Positions 25,098 to 37,434 of a stretch of 64,000 nt of DNA are shown piece after piece (positions within the stretch are counted from its first letter, which is position 1; each line of letters starts with the position of its first letter). The DNA comes from Octopus bimaculoides (Eukaryota): contig NC_069000.1 of NCBI RefSeq assembly GCF_001194135.2, forward strand, positions 26,887,536 to 26,951,535, written 5' to 3'. The position numbers and the translations under genes are program-made. A model generated the notes under the pieces. That model did no database searches. It had not been told where the DNA came from and worked only from the letters and a program-made list of their open reading frames with translations.

Positions 25098-26966
25098 ATG
25101 AGCAATGGTCCTTCCAAGGGTATGGCCGAGGGAACATTAAAATCTGTAGGAGATGCTGAATTTGCTACCTCACCAAATGGCCATACAACTGAGTGCAGTG
25201 ATACTGAAATGGAGTGTAAAAGAAACTGCGTGGACCAGAAAGATGCACCAAGGAAATCACAGTCTTATAATAGATTGGGCAGCCAGTGTTACAGTAAGTT
25301 ACCACTGCCATACCAAAGTGCTCTTAGTGATAATAAAACATTCAAAGACTCTATTAACCCCGATGAGGTGAATGAAGCTAACACTCTCAGTTCACCTAGC
25401 TTTAATTCTAAAGCAAATCCACAGCCATCTTACCATTTAGACTCACCACTAAGATCTTGTCAAAAACAAAGTGGTTCAAGATTTCTCCGTTGTGAACTTT
25501 GTAATAAACTGTTCTCAGAAGATGATGCTGAGAATGAAGATGCACACATTTCCAAAAAAAAAATTACTGTTTGTCAAGTTTGCAACCAGAAATATTCAGT
25601 GCTAGAAGACATTGCTGACAAGAAACCTCCTCCAAAAGCGATTCTTGATAACTCATTGCTCCCTGCAACTTACCCACCAAAATTAATGTACAATAATTGT
25701 AATGACATACCCTCCAGAAATATTAAACAAATCAAAAATGGTTCCCAAATAGTAGTGTCTGACACTAACACAAAAACTGAACATCTATTAAAAAATATAA
25801 AACAGGAGCCTGTCTCTGAAAATGATGATAATTTACCCACTGGTATAAAACTACCACTTAAACATAGTTTTCAATCATCTTGTTCCTTTTTTTTGACCAC
25901 TAATTTAAAACCATGTATCAAACGTAATCAAGAAGTGAAAAACAAGAAGAAAGACTCTGTTCCCAGTGAAAACACAAATAAAAAAGCTAGACTTGGAGAT
26001 TCAGATCTGGCTAAAAATGTATCTGCAGATCAGGAACAACTAGTTACTGTTGATGTAAGTAAAAATACTGTTGCTTGTTCACCAAAAGTGCATGGCACTG
26101 AGGGCTACAGTCAAAATTATTTTAAATTGGAGCCACCAAATGTTTCTGATTGTGCAAAGGAAGCTAAGAAAACAGTTCATATAAAATCAAAAAGCACAAA
26201 CGAAACTGATTTCACATTCAAGCTTCCTTCAGTTGCTTCAACTTATTCAACTGGTAAAAATGTTAATAAAAGTAAAAATGATCCCACCTCTAATACTTAT
26301 ACATTTGAAGGAAGTATGATGTGGAATCCTGTGACCAATATTCCTACAACACAGGAGCAACAGAAATCTGATAAGAAAGACGGGATCTCAGAAACTAACT
26401 CCTGCCCAAAAAGTGAGAGAAAAGATGATGAAAGTACCTATAGCTGTGAAGGGAGTCTCTTTATTAAACCAGTCCTTCCAAATGAATTTGCTTTTGAAGG
26501 TACATTATACATCAAACCTGATTCACCTCATTTTCTTCAGACTACTGTTGACTCATCTCCTACCACATCTACTGCTAGTCCATCTAATTTAACAAATAAA
26601 ATAGTTAACATCCAATCAGTATTCACTAGTTCAGGTCAAGTTATCAGCAATGTCACAGTTCCTGCAACTGATCAAAGCAGAACAGTCCCCAACAATCAAA
26701 GAATGCCTACAAATGTATGCAGAACCTATGCCAGAACAACAACCACCAACAGCACTGTAGTCCCTAGAATGACAAGCAGCATCCCCACATCAATGCCAAA
26801 GGTACAGAAAATTATATCAGAAGAGAAGAAAGACCTGCCAGTTAGGAAACAAGCTCTAAATTCAGGAAGTGGAGGTGGACATACTGACTTCAGTGTTAAA
26901 TCCATTCTCAGTACCCCTGATCGTAGAGGAACAGTGGGTAATTCTGGGATGCCTCAGGAACAGTAA
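25098..26966 (+). CDS. 622-aa host protein or large coding exon, probably a nuclear regulator; not recognised
   Basis: Uninterrupted, non-TE-like ORF after a strong acceptor (ttcttctacag at 25009) with an in-frame upstream stop; two CxxC pairs, IKQE and FKLE SUMO-consensus sites, basic NLS-like patches, eh1-like FSVKSIL; possible donors at 26938 and 26963. Confidence 0.75.
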   Translation: MSNGPSKGMAEGTLKSVGDAEFATSPNGHTTECSDTEMECKRNCVDQKDAPRKSQSYNRLGSQCYSKLPLPYQSALSDNKTFKDSINPDEVNEANTLSSPSFNSKANPQPSYHLDSPLRSCQKQSGSRFLRCELCNKLFSEDDAENEDAHISKKKITVCQVCNQKYSVLEDIADKKPPPKAILDNSLLPATYPPKLMYNNCNDIPSRNIKQIKNGSQIVVSDTNTKTEHLLKNIKQEPVSENDDNLPTGIKLPLKHSFQSSCSFFLTTNLKPCIKRNQEVKNKKKDSVPSENTNKKARLGDSDLAKNVSADQEQLVTVDVSKNTVACSPKVHGTEGYSQNYFKLEPPNVSDCAKEAKKTVHIKSKSTNETDFTFKLPSVASTYSTGKNVNKSKNDPTSNTYTFEGSMMWNPVTNIPTTQEQQKSDKKDGISETNSCPKSERKDDESTYSCEGSLFIKPVLPNEFAFEGTLYIKPDSPHFLQTTVDSSPTTSTASPSNLTNKIVNIQSVFTSSGQVISNVTVPATDQSRTVPNNQRMPTNVCRTYARTTTTNSTVVPRMTSSIPTSMPKVQKIISEEKKDLPVRKQALNSGSGGGHTDFSVKSILSTPDRRGTVGNSGMPQEQ

Positions 26967-27842
26967 ATATGAGCAGTGCTTATTGTGGCCTACTCACTTC
27001 AAATGGTTCATCTGTATATTAAGTTCTAGTTTAGGCAGGATATTTAAGATGGTATTTATATAGAAGGTCTTTCATAACTAATCCATCATTTCACTGTTCA
27101 TTCTCCAACTGTGTCTCTTATCTTGCCTCAATTTTTTCCTCTTCCTATTTCAATATTTTTTGTCTCTTCCTCTCCAATGCCTTCCTTTTTCAACTTGAAA
27201 AAGTTAGTCAAGTTGATGCAATGATCCCAAATTTATTTGATTTATGTCCTAATGTCATTCCATGAGGAGCTGGTTCAAAATTGATATTTTACCCTCAATT
27301 TCACATGTATCATTTGTTTTACAACCATTTAGATATATATATATATATATCTATATATATATATATATATATATATATNNNNNNNNNNNNNNNNNNNNNN
27401 NNNNNNNNNNNNNNNNNNNNNNNNNNNNNNNNNNNNNNNNNNNNNNNNNNNNNNNNNNNNNNNNNNNNNNNNNNNNNNNNNNNNNNNNNNNNNNNNNNNN
27501 NNNNNNNNNNNNNNNNNNNNNNNNNNNNNNNNNNNNNNNNNNNNNNNGAGTGTGTATGGAGATACTTGGACTATACAGTATACATTTCACTCTCGGTTCC
27601 TAATCTTTGTGTTATATTCAGTATATATGTGTTGGTTCACTGTCTTTCTGGAGAAAAAAATATTTTAATACTTGATTGTAAACTGCTCATTACATTACTT
27701 TCAAAATGTGTTCAGAATATTTAAGGTCTTGGTTGTGATTGAGACAAGTAAGAGAACATGACTGTCAGCCACTTTTCTAGGCAGAACTAAAATGTTCATT
27801 GGGTTCAGACTTCATATTGCTTACTATTGTTGTTAAGGTGGA

Positions 27843-28800
27843 GGTATGGCAGAATCAGTAGTGTCACACTAAACTAAATACCTTGTGCAATTATACCCCT
27901 TTATGTTTCTGAGTTCAAATTCCAGCATAGTCAGTTTCTCTTTTCATCCCTCTGAGGTTGAAAAAAAAAAAAAAACTGATGGTATACTTACCCCATCCCT
28001 TTCTTACAAATTTGTGGCCTGTCAATGCTAGAAATAATCAATTATTATTATTATTTATTATTATTATTATTGTTGTTTATTATTATTATTATTATTATTA
28101 TTATTTCTGTATGGGTGGCACAGATGGTAATGCACTGAACAGTAATTAATTTTGTTGATTAATGAGTTCAAATCTTGCCTGTCACCTTCAACATGGCATT
28201 TTGTTGAAAGCAGCGAGCTGGCAGGCTTAGCATGCTGGACAAAATGCTTAGTGACATTTCATTGGTCTTTATGTTCTGAGTTCAAATTCTGCTGAGGTCA
28301 ATTTTGCCTATTGTCCTTTCGGAATTGATAAAATAAATACCAGTCAAACACTGGGGTCAAAGTAATTGACTTACCCCTTCCCCTCAAAACTGCTGGTCTT
28401 GTACCAAAATTTGAAACCATTATTATTATTAGGCCAGTGGATTGGCAGAATTGTTAGTGTTGGAGAAAATACATTATGATATTTCTCCTTACATTCTGGG
28501 TTCAAATTCCATCAAGGTCATCTTTGCCTTTCATCCCGTGGGGGTCTATAAAATAAAGTACCAGTAAAATAAAATACTACGGTCAATGATATCAACTTAT
28601 ACCCTCCTTTCAAAATCTCTGGCCTTGTATTTAAATAAGAAAATTATTTTTATTATGTGGCTTTCTGCCAATGTTAGAAATCAATATTAATAATGTCTAA
28701 AATTGTAGAGAATTTAACTAAATAGCCTTTTTAAAGCATTTAGTTTTGTCTCTAAGTTCTGTGTTCAAATCCCATCAGAGTCCTGAGCAGGTCCGAAAGA
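27843..28800 (+). mobile_element. Head-to-tail cluster of 3-4 old tRNA-derived SINEs
   Basis: Repeated gagttcaaattc B-box followed by a ttgcctttcatcc...ataaaataa.taccag-like core near 27915, 28280 and 28500, with (ATT)n tails. Confidence 0.65.
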
Positions 28801-28883
28801 TCAATTCATTACCTATACACATTTCTTCCTATATAATTTTGTGCTCTGTGCCAATATGAAAAATCACCATCAATATTTTTATT

Positions 28884-28884
<1 letters not shown>

Positions 28885-28919
<35 letters not shown>

Positions 28920-28958
28920 GCTGTTGCTGTTGCTGTTGTTGTTGTTGTTGTTGTTATT
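28885..28958. repeat. (TTG/CTG)n microsatellite
   Basis: Direct reading; it explains the poly-Leu ORF. Confidence 0.95.
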
Positions 28959-30222
28959 ACAGCATGAAATCTACACTTTTAATTTTTTTTATCCCCATGT
29001 AAATCCCATATTTCATGCTCTATATAATAAAACACTGTTATTAGTATCTTGGAGGGTAGGGCATAAAAAAAATGAAGGAAAGCCCATACTGTTGCCATGC
29101 ACTATAACATTGTCCTTTTTCTAAAGTGGTTCCTATTCAATTGAATTGAATAACTTTTTTCTTCTAAGATCCCCTCATTGGTTTCCTACCCATATTCTCT
29201 AGCTTAATAAGTGAGACACTACACATGCACTCACACATCACATCTCATCAAAATTCAATGTAAAATATTTCTAAAGATATCTAAATTTTTGACTAAAATC
29301 TCTACTTGTTGCTATGTAGACATTATTTCTTTTTTAATCATCAGTGGTGTTATAATATTGAACAGCAGAATTAGTTATTTAAAAAAAAAAAATTTACTCC
29401 TGAAGATCCTTCAGCATTTCAGCAATTTTTTTTAGTGCATGTGAAAGAGAGAGAGATCATAAGCAATGCTGCCTGTTTTATTGTAATTGTTTTTAATGCC
29501 TGGCAACTGTATATAAAAAGTTGTTCATGTCTGTCACCAGCAATTAAAAGTATGCATATGTATATGTACACACACACACACTCATGCATAAGTGTGTGTG
29601 TGTTTATATGTATACATATGTATGTATATTTACGTATGTGTGGGTATAAGTATACAAATAGGAGACAAGTATTCAATATATGTAGTAGAGTTAATTTACT
29701 AAAACCTAATGATTGACTTCATTTGCTACTTCAGGTTTGTCACTTTTGTGCATCCATTCAATTAACAGAGGTAAATGTGTGTGTGTTTTTATGCATATGT
29801 ATGTGTGTAATGTATATTTATATGTGTATATGTATGTGTATTTATGTTAGCAGGCTAACAAATAAAAAAGCTAGAATAGTTCTGAATATCACAGCATTTA
29901 CTTTAGAGATGCAGAACGTGTGTATAAATACAACATTACTGAATAAGAAGAGTTAAACTGACTTTCTCCTGGTTATTTATATGTATCTGCTGTAATCTTT
30001 TTTTTTTTCTGCTGACAGTATATTAGATTTCTAACCACTTCAATTTATGTAACTGTAGATAATAGGATAATCAAATCTTCTGACAATGTTATTTACCTGT
30101 TGTTACAGTCTTTTGTCCTCATAATGAAGATTTCATTTCATTCGATTAATGCCATAGATTCCATAATGTAGCACCAACTCCGTGAGTCTGCGTTACTTGG
30201 AAGTATTTTCATTTACACACAT

Positions 30223-30284
<62 letters not shown>
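30223..30284. repeat. (CA)n microsatellite
   Basis: Direct reading. Confidence 0.95.
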
Positions 30285-30286
<2 letters not shown>

Positions 30287-30889
30287 TACACACATGAAAC
30301 TAAATGGTTCAGTAGCTATCTATTATACTACTAGTTTATGGGTCATGATTTGAAATCTGCTGCAAGGCATATCTTGTGACAGCAAACAGGCATCCTATCA
30401 AGCTGGTGATTTCTTTCATCCATTTATCAATTATATGAATGTAATCATGTAAATTTAGGGCATTGCTGTCTTTTTATAAGGGTTGTCTACCAAGCTCATT
30501 AAGCATATTACTTCAGTTTATTACTAACATTGGTGTTACAGATTATTTTGTAGCTGAAAATCTTTGTTGGGTTTTTGTCTGGGAGTACTGTTAACAGAGC
30601 TGTTTTACTTGGAACTTTTATTTTCTTATTTCTTTACAGTAAGAATAAAAAATTTTAAGATAGTACTGTGATAGCTGTATGAATAACAATGCCTATTGCT
30701 GAATCAGCAGCTAACAGGCAAGCCACATTATTCTGTTTGTCATCAAAAGTATAATCTTTAAGATATGTTATATACTTTTACTGTCATTTTCTGTTATAAT
30801 TCCATATTTTCTACAATGTTTATAAACATCATCATTTTAACATATTTATTTTATAAATTACTCATTTTTACATTATAATAATCACAAGG

Positions 30890-31100
30890 GCCGTACATAT
30901 CAGTAGTGTTAGCCTAAAGTTATGTCCCTTCATGTTCAGAGTTTAGATCGACCAAGATTGACTTACTGGTCTTTTATCTTACTGGTGGAGCGGGTACCAT
31001 GAAAATAAAATACTAGTCAAGTAACTGGGGTCTATTAAAATGACTAAAGTCTTCAAATCCCTCCCTTAACTTCTCACAAAATTTGTAGACCTTGTGCCTA
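30890..31100 (+). mobile_element. Highly decayed SINE of the 27843-28800 family
   Basis: aaaataaaatactagtc...ctggggtc core and ttgtagaccttgtgcc tail resemble the cluster copies. Confidence 0.4.
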
Positions 31101-32640
31101 TATAATAATTTTATGATATTTAGCACATACTGATATTCAGCATCCATGCTTCAAATCAACTTAGCAACTTCAGAAACAAGTACTAAGTTCCTTTCTATTT
31201 CAAATGTGTATATTGTCCATATTTTCAAAGATACATACATCTACTCTTCCCTTTCACACAATTATTGTTTTATCAATTCACACAAACCTATAAGATAACT
31301 TCCATCCAAACCTTGATGTGAGAGTCAGATGAATATACATGGAGTATTTGAGGACAGTTGAATGAAGACTCTGTAAAAAATTAAACCCCATTACAAGTAT
31401 TGGGTAAGCACTGTAATTTAGAAAGGTACTGTGATTGATTAATCATCTCTAAATAATTATGATTTACAACTATTTTTTTGTCATAGTAATAATAATAGTA
31501 TGTATGTGGGTATATATATATAGCTGTACCAGGGGAGGTTTCTGTTATACAAATATTCATTATCAATTACATTTACAATTTCTGGTAATGTTAAGTTACC
31601 ACAGCCCACTTCTATGGTCTCCACAAAGTTCCCCAAAGAATGAGTGTTTTGAAGAAATGAATATGTTCACTATTATAGAATTTTCAAATATGCTGCCCGT
31701 CCTATGATTGCATACATATGTACCTGTATGTAAGATATATATATATGTATATATNNNNNNNNNNNNNNNNNNNNNNNNNNNNNNNNNNNNNNNNNNNNNN
31801 NNNNNNNNNNNNNNNNNNNNNNNNNNNNNNNNNNNNNNNNNNNNNNNNNNNNNNNNNNNNNNNNNNNNNNNNNNNNNNNNNNNNNNNNNNNNNNNNNNNN
31901 NNNNNNNNNNNNNNNNNNNNNNNNNNNNNNNNNNNNNNNNNNNNNNNNNNNNNNNNNNNNNNNNNNNNNNNNNNNNNNNNNNNNNNNNNNNNNNNNNNNN
32001 NNNNNNNNNNNNNNNNNNNNNNNNNNNNNNNNNNNNNNNNNNNNNNNNNNNNNNNNNNNNNNNNNNNNNNNNNNNNNNNNNNNNNNNNNNNNNNNNNNNN
32101 NNNNNNNNNNNNNNNNNNNNNNNNNNNNNNNNNNNNNNNNNNNNNNNNNNNNNNNNNNNNNNNNNNNNNNNNNNNNNNNNNNNNNNNNNNNNNNNNNNNN
32201 NNNNNNNNNNNNNNNNNNNNNNNNNNNNNNNNNNNNNNNNNNNNNNNNNNNNNNNNNNNNNNNNNNNNNNNNNNNNNNNNNNNNNNNNNNNNNNNNNNNN
32301 NNNNNNNNNNNNNNNNNNNNNNNNNNNNNNNNNNNNNNNNNNNNNNNNNNNNNNNNNNNNNNNNNNNNNNNNNNNNNNNNNNNNNNNNNNNNNNNNNNNN
32401 NNNNNNNNNNNNNNNNNNNNNNNNNNNNNNNNNNNNNNNNNNNNNNNNNNNNNNNNNNNNNNNNNNNNNNNNNNNNNNNNNNNNNNNNNNNNNNNNNNNN
32501 NNNNNNNNNNNNNNNNNNNNNNNNNNNNNNNNNNNNNNNNNNNNNNNNNNNNNNNNNNNNNNNNNNNNNNNNNNNNNNNNNNNNNNNNNNNNNNNNNNNN
32601 NNNNNNNNNNNNNNNNNNNNNNNNNNNNNNNNNNNNNNNN

Positions 32641-35600
32641 GCCAACCACTCCGAGAGTGTAGTAGGTGCTTTTTACATGCCACTGGCATGAGAACCAATC
32701 AGGTGGTACTGGCATCGACCACACCTGAATGGTGCTTTTTACGTGCCACTGGCATGAGAACCAATCAGGTGGTACTGACAATGATCAGGATTGAATGCTG
32801 CTTTTTAAATGTCACCAGCACAGGAGCCAGTCAGGCAGCACTAGCGTTGACCATGCTTGAATGGTGCATTTTACGTACTACCGGCATGGTGCCAGTCTGG
32901 TGGCACTAGCAACAACCATGCTCGATTGGTGATTTTTATGTGCCACAGGCACGGGACCAGTCAGGCAGCACTGGCATTAACTATGCTAGAATGGTGCTTT
33001 TTTACATGCCACCAGCATGGGTGCCAATCAGGCGATACTAGCATCGGCCACAACAATGACTTCACTTGACTTAATAGGTCTTTGCAAGCACAGTTTATTG
33101 CCCAATGATTGTACGGTACTTTTAAATGGGCCGGTTATGCTGCACTGGCATAGGCCACAGTTACGGTCTCACTTGGCATGCCAGGTCTTCTCAAGCACAG
33201 CATATCTCCAAAGGTTTTGGTCACTTGTCATTGCCTCCATGAGGCCCAACGTTGGGAGGTTGTGCTTAACCACCTCGTCCCAGGTCTTCCTAGGTCTACC
33301 TCTTTCACAGGTTCCCTCTACTGCTAGGGTGTGACACTTTTTCATACAGCTGTCCTAATCCATACGCAACACATGACCATACTAGTGCAGTCATCTCTCT
33401 TGTACACCACATCTGATGCTTCTTCTGTCCAACTTTTCTCTCAGAGTGCTTACACTCTATCGTGTATGCACACTAACATTACACATCCAGCGAGACATAC
33501 TGGCTTCATTCCTTGCAAGCTTGTGCATGTGCGCAACAGTCATGGCCCATGTTCCACTGCCATGTAGCATGGCTGTTCACACACATGCCTCGTACATTCT
33601 ACCTTTTACTCTGAGCGAGAGGCCCTTTGTCACCAGCAGAGGGAGGAGCTCTCTGGACTTTGGCCAGGCTATTCTTATTCTAGCAGCTACACTCTCAGAG
33701 CATTCACCCCCACTACTGACTTGGTCACCTAGTTAATGGATGTTATCAACTACTTCTAGTTTTTCCCCTTGGCATGTGACGGAAGCTGTTTTCTGCACAA
33801 TTTCAGTGTTTATTGTCCCTGAGCATTTACCACACATAAAAACTATCTTCCTAGTTAGCCTTCCTTTGATATTGCTGCACCTCTTATGTGTCCAGAGCTT
33901 ACACCAGGTACAGCTTATGGAGTTTCTACCTATGCCTTTTCTACAGATTGAGCAGGGCCATCTACCTGAAGGGATTTGTGATTTGTCTGCCTTCCTACTT
34001 ATTAAGACTTTGGTTTTTGCTAGATTGACTCTAAGGCCCTTCAATTCTAGACCTTGCCTCTAGTTCTGTTAGTGACTCAGCTGTTAGAGCAAGGTCATCA
34101 GCATAGAGGAGCTCCCAGGAGATGTCTGTCTTGAATTCCTCAGTTATAGCCTGGAGGACTATGATGAAAAAGAGGAGACTGAGGACTGATCCTTGGTGAA
34201 CCCCGACTTCTACCTGGAATTCTTTACTGTATTCGTTGCTGACCCTCACCTTACTGACAGCATACCTGTACAGCTCTCACTAACCACTCATCTATCCCTA
34301 GTTTCCACGTTAACCACCAGATAATGGATCGGGGGACCCTGTCAAAGCTTTCTCCATGTCAATGAAAGCCAGGTACAGAGGTTTCTCTTTGGTTAGGTAT
34401 TTCTCCTTATCAGGAATATAGCATCAGTGGTGCTTTTCCCTGGCGCAAACCCAAACTGCATCTCGTCTAAACTAGCTCTCTCCCTAATTAGTTGGGCTAT
34501 GATCCTCTATGTGACTTTCATTACCTGAGCCAACAACTTGATACCGCAGTAATTATTCGTATCTAATGCATCACCATTACCTTTGTAGCAGTTGACTATG
34601 GTGCTGCTACATGCGTCATTGGGTGTGACTCTTTCATGTATCACCTGATTGACTATACAGGTGACTAGACTACAGCCAACACTGCCAGATATTTTAAGCA
34701 TCTCTGTGGTGATTCCTGATGGGCCGGGAGCTGTCCCTGTTTTCATAACCTTAATTGCTTTATCTACCAAGGTACTGTCAATTCAGATAACTGGTCCCTC
34801 TGTTTGGTTGACATTCAGCAGACTCTCTTTCTCCCATTCATTCTCTTCATTTAGCAGCCTCTCATAGTGACATCTCCAAGTCTCTCTCTTTGCAGCCTCA
34901 TTAAATGCAATCACGCCATCATCTATGCTGACACATTTCTCTCTTACAACATCATGATTCTCTCTCACACACTGTCTTGCAATATGAAACACTTTGGTCC
35001 TCACAACGCAGAACATTGGCAATTTTTTTTTTTTTATCTGCTTCCCCTCTGACTAAGTAAACCTCTCCCCCAACTTCCCTTCTGGCAATCTGATACAATT
35101 CCCAGCTACTACCGTTCTTCCAGTCCTTCTATGCCTGTTTCTTTTCCCTAATGGCCCTGTCCACTTCATTGTTCCACCACCACATTACCTGGGGTCGAGT
35201 GGGGACTTTGCACCATCCACAGATCTGGTCAGTAGCCCTCAACAGGTTGTCCCGTAGAAACCTCCTGTTGTCTTCCACATCATGTGACACTATATCCTCC
35301 TCTATTTCATGAAAAGCTTTGAGTAATACATCTCTAAATCTCTGTCCATTCACAGGATCCTTAAGCTTCCAGACCCTTCTCCATGCTGGTTGCCTTCTGG
35401 GCATCCATAAAGCCCTGATCCTGAAGTTGCTAACTGCTAATCTATGTTGTGGGGTGCATTCTTCACCTGGGAAGGTTTTGGCATTTATAAGTAGCCATCT
35501 TTCCCATTTCCTGGCGAGGATGTAGTCAATTTGACTATTGTGTCCACCAGACTGGTAGCTGAATAGGTGACTGGCAGGTTTCCTGAAGTTAGTATCACAA

Positions 35601-36200
35601 ACCATAAGATCATTTGCATCACAGAACTCCAGCAGCCTGGTTCCCTCCTCATTGCAGGAACCAAAACCATAGCCTCCATGTATGCCATGGAAGCCCCCTG
35701 TATGTTGTCCAACATGCCCATTGAAGTTGCCAGCCACAAAGAGAAGGTCTCTGTTATTCATCGATGAGGTAGTCAGCAAGAGGGTATTATAAAATCGATC
35801 TTTCTGTTCATGAGGTAGCTCTGGCTGAGGGGCATAAGCCGATATAATGGTTGCTAATCCATGTTGCAGTACTAATCTAATCATAAGTTTTCTATCACAG
35901 AGTCTGACTACCTCGGTTGCCTTACCAACCCATTTCTCTGCAATAAGTATATCCATGCCCCCCGACCCCGTTAGTGTTCCCTGCTCAGAAAATCTTATAC
36001 CTATGTTCTTTGCCTGTGAGGAACCTAACAGAATTTCCTCTCCACCTTACTTCTTGGATGCAGCACAAATCTACATGTCTCTGTTCAAGCATCTCAACAA
36101 TTTCCCAGACCTACCTTTCAGTGTGCCAACTCTGAGGGTGTAGGAAGTGTGGGCCCACCAGACCCTGGGATGAGGGAACAGTAGCATCATATACCTGAAA
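32641..36200 (-). mobile_element. RTE-clade LINE, near full length, degenerate
   Basis: APE (LRVGTL, CIQEVRW in a shifted frame, SAYAPQ, AGNFNGHVG, SQIDYIL), RT (VHQGSVLS, LLYADD), GRWPCSIC zinc-like motif, ~65-bp 3' UTR array at 32655-33050. Confidence 0.92.
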
Positions 36201-36430
36201 AGAAAGCTTGCATTTGGCAGAACTCATAAACATACAATAGCTTTCAACCTACATACACTACACCATTTTATGCGCTTCATAATCACTACATTACATAGGA
36301 GATTAACTCTAAGTAGGGATGGGGGAACATGAAGCCTTTGGAGGTGTTCTTGGGAAAGACAGCTGATAGAGATCAGAGACTTCCGGTACAGGTGGTGGGG
36401 GTGGGAAGGGTAGGCGCACTGTGAAAGAGC

Positions 36431-37430
36431 AAAAACTCAGGCTGCTGGTGTGAAAGAGTAGTAATGATAGCAATGAGATAGAATTGGGCATTTGAATTCT
36501 TAACTAGAGTTATAGCCAACAGTTTTCGGTCAGCCAAACTGTGACAAAATTAGATAAATGAATGAATAAATGACAATAATAAATGAGCGTGAAAGAGGGG
36601 GAGAAGGGAGAAACAGTGAAAGTTGGATTGAGTATAGGGATCTTAAGTTTTTTTCTAAACATACAGCATGGAAGACAAAACTGTGTTTACATAGATAGAT
36701 AATTAAATGAAATAATAAAGTAATTATAATTTGCGCTGAAAAAGAGGTTTGAGATGTGTGTTAGGTTGGAAAACAAAGTTGTTTATCTGAACATCTGATT
36801 TCTACTCCATGTGGCGAGGTATTAAAATATGAGGTAGGGGAATCTGAATGAGCTAGTTTATATAGGGTGGGGTGGGGGGAGTGGGTGTAAAGTGTTGGAA
36901 GAAGCAAGTGGTTAATGAAACTGAGAGAGAAGAGAGAGAGGCCAGAGTTAGGCTGATCGAAGACAGAACACGAGATGGAATTTGGGGATTTAGGGTAATA
37001 TAATGGGTTTAACATTGCTTCTTCTGGTGTGAAAGAAGAATAGTAATTCTAATAATGAGATAGAATTGGGCAACGCAAAACAACAAAAACTCAGGCTGCT
37101 GGTGTGAAAGAGTAGTAATAATAATAATGAGATAGAATTGGGCATTTGCATTCTTAACTAGAGCTATAACCAACAGTTTTTGGTCAGCCAAACTGTGACA
37201 AAATTAGATAAATGAATGAATAGAGAACAATAATAAATGAACATGAAAGACGGGGAGAAAGAGGGAGAGTTGGATTGAGTGAAGGGATCTTAAGTTTTTT
37301 CTCTAAACATACAGCATGGAAGATGAAACCATATTTACAAACATAAACGATGAAATGAAATAATAAAGTATGCAAGGTTGGAATACAAAGTTGCTTATCT
37401 GAATATCTGATTTCTACTCTGTGTGGCGAG
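36431..37430. repeat. Tandem duplication with ~654-bp period, upstream of the RTE 5' end
   Basis: aaaaactcaggctgctggtgtgaaagagtagtaat starts at 36431 and 37085; a partial third copy of the head lies near 37020. Confidence 0.85.
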
Positions 37431-37434
37431 GTGT

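Noticed and set aside
36150-36420. HDV-like ribozyme in the RTE leader
   Set aside because: Such ribozymes are known in RTE 5' ends, but I could not assemble the nested pseudoknot by eye; a covariance-model search is needed.
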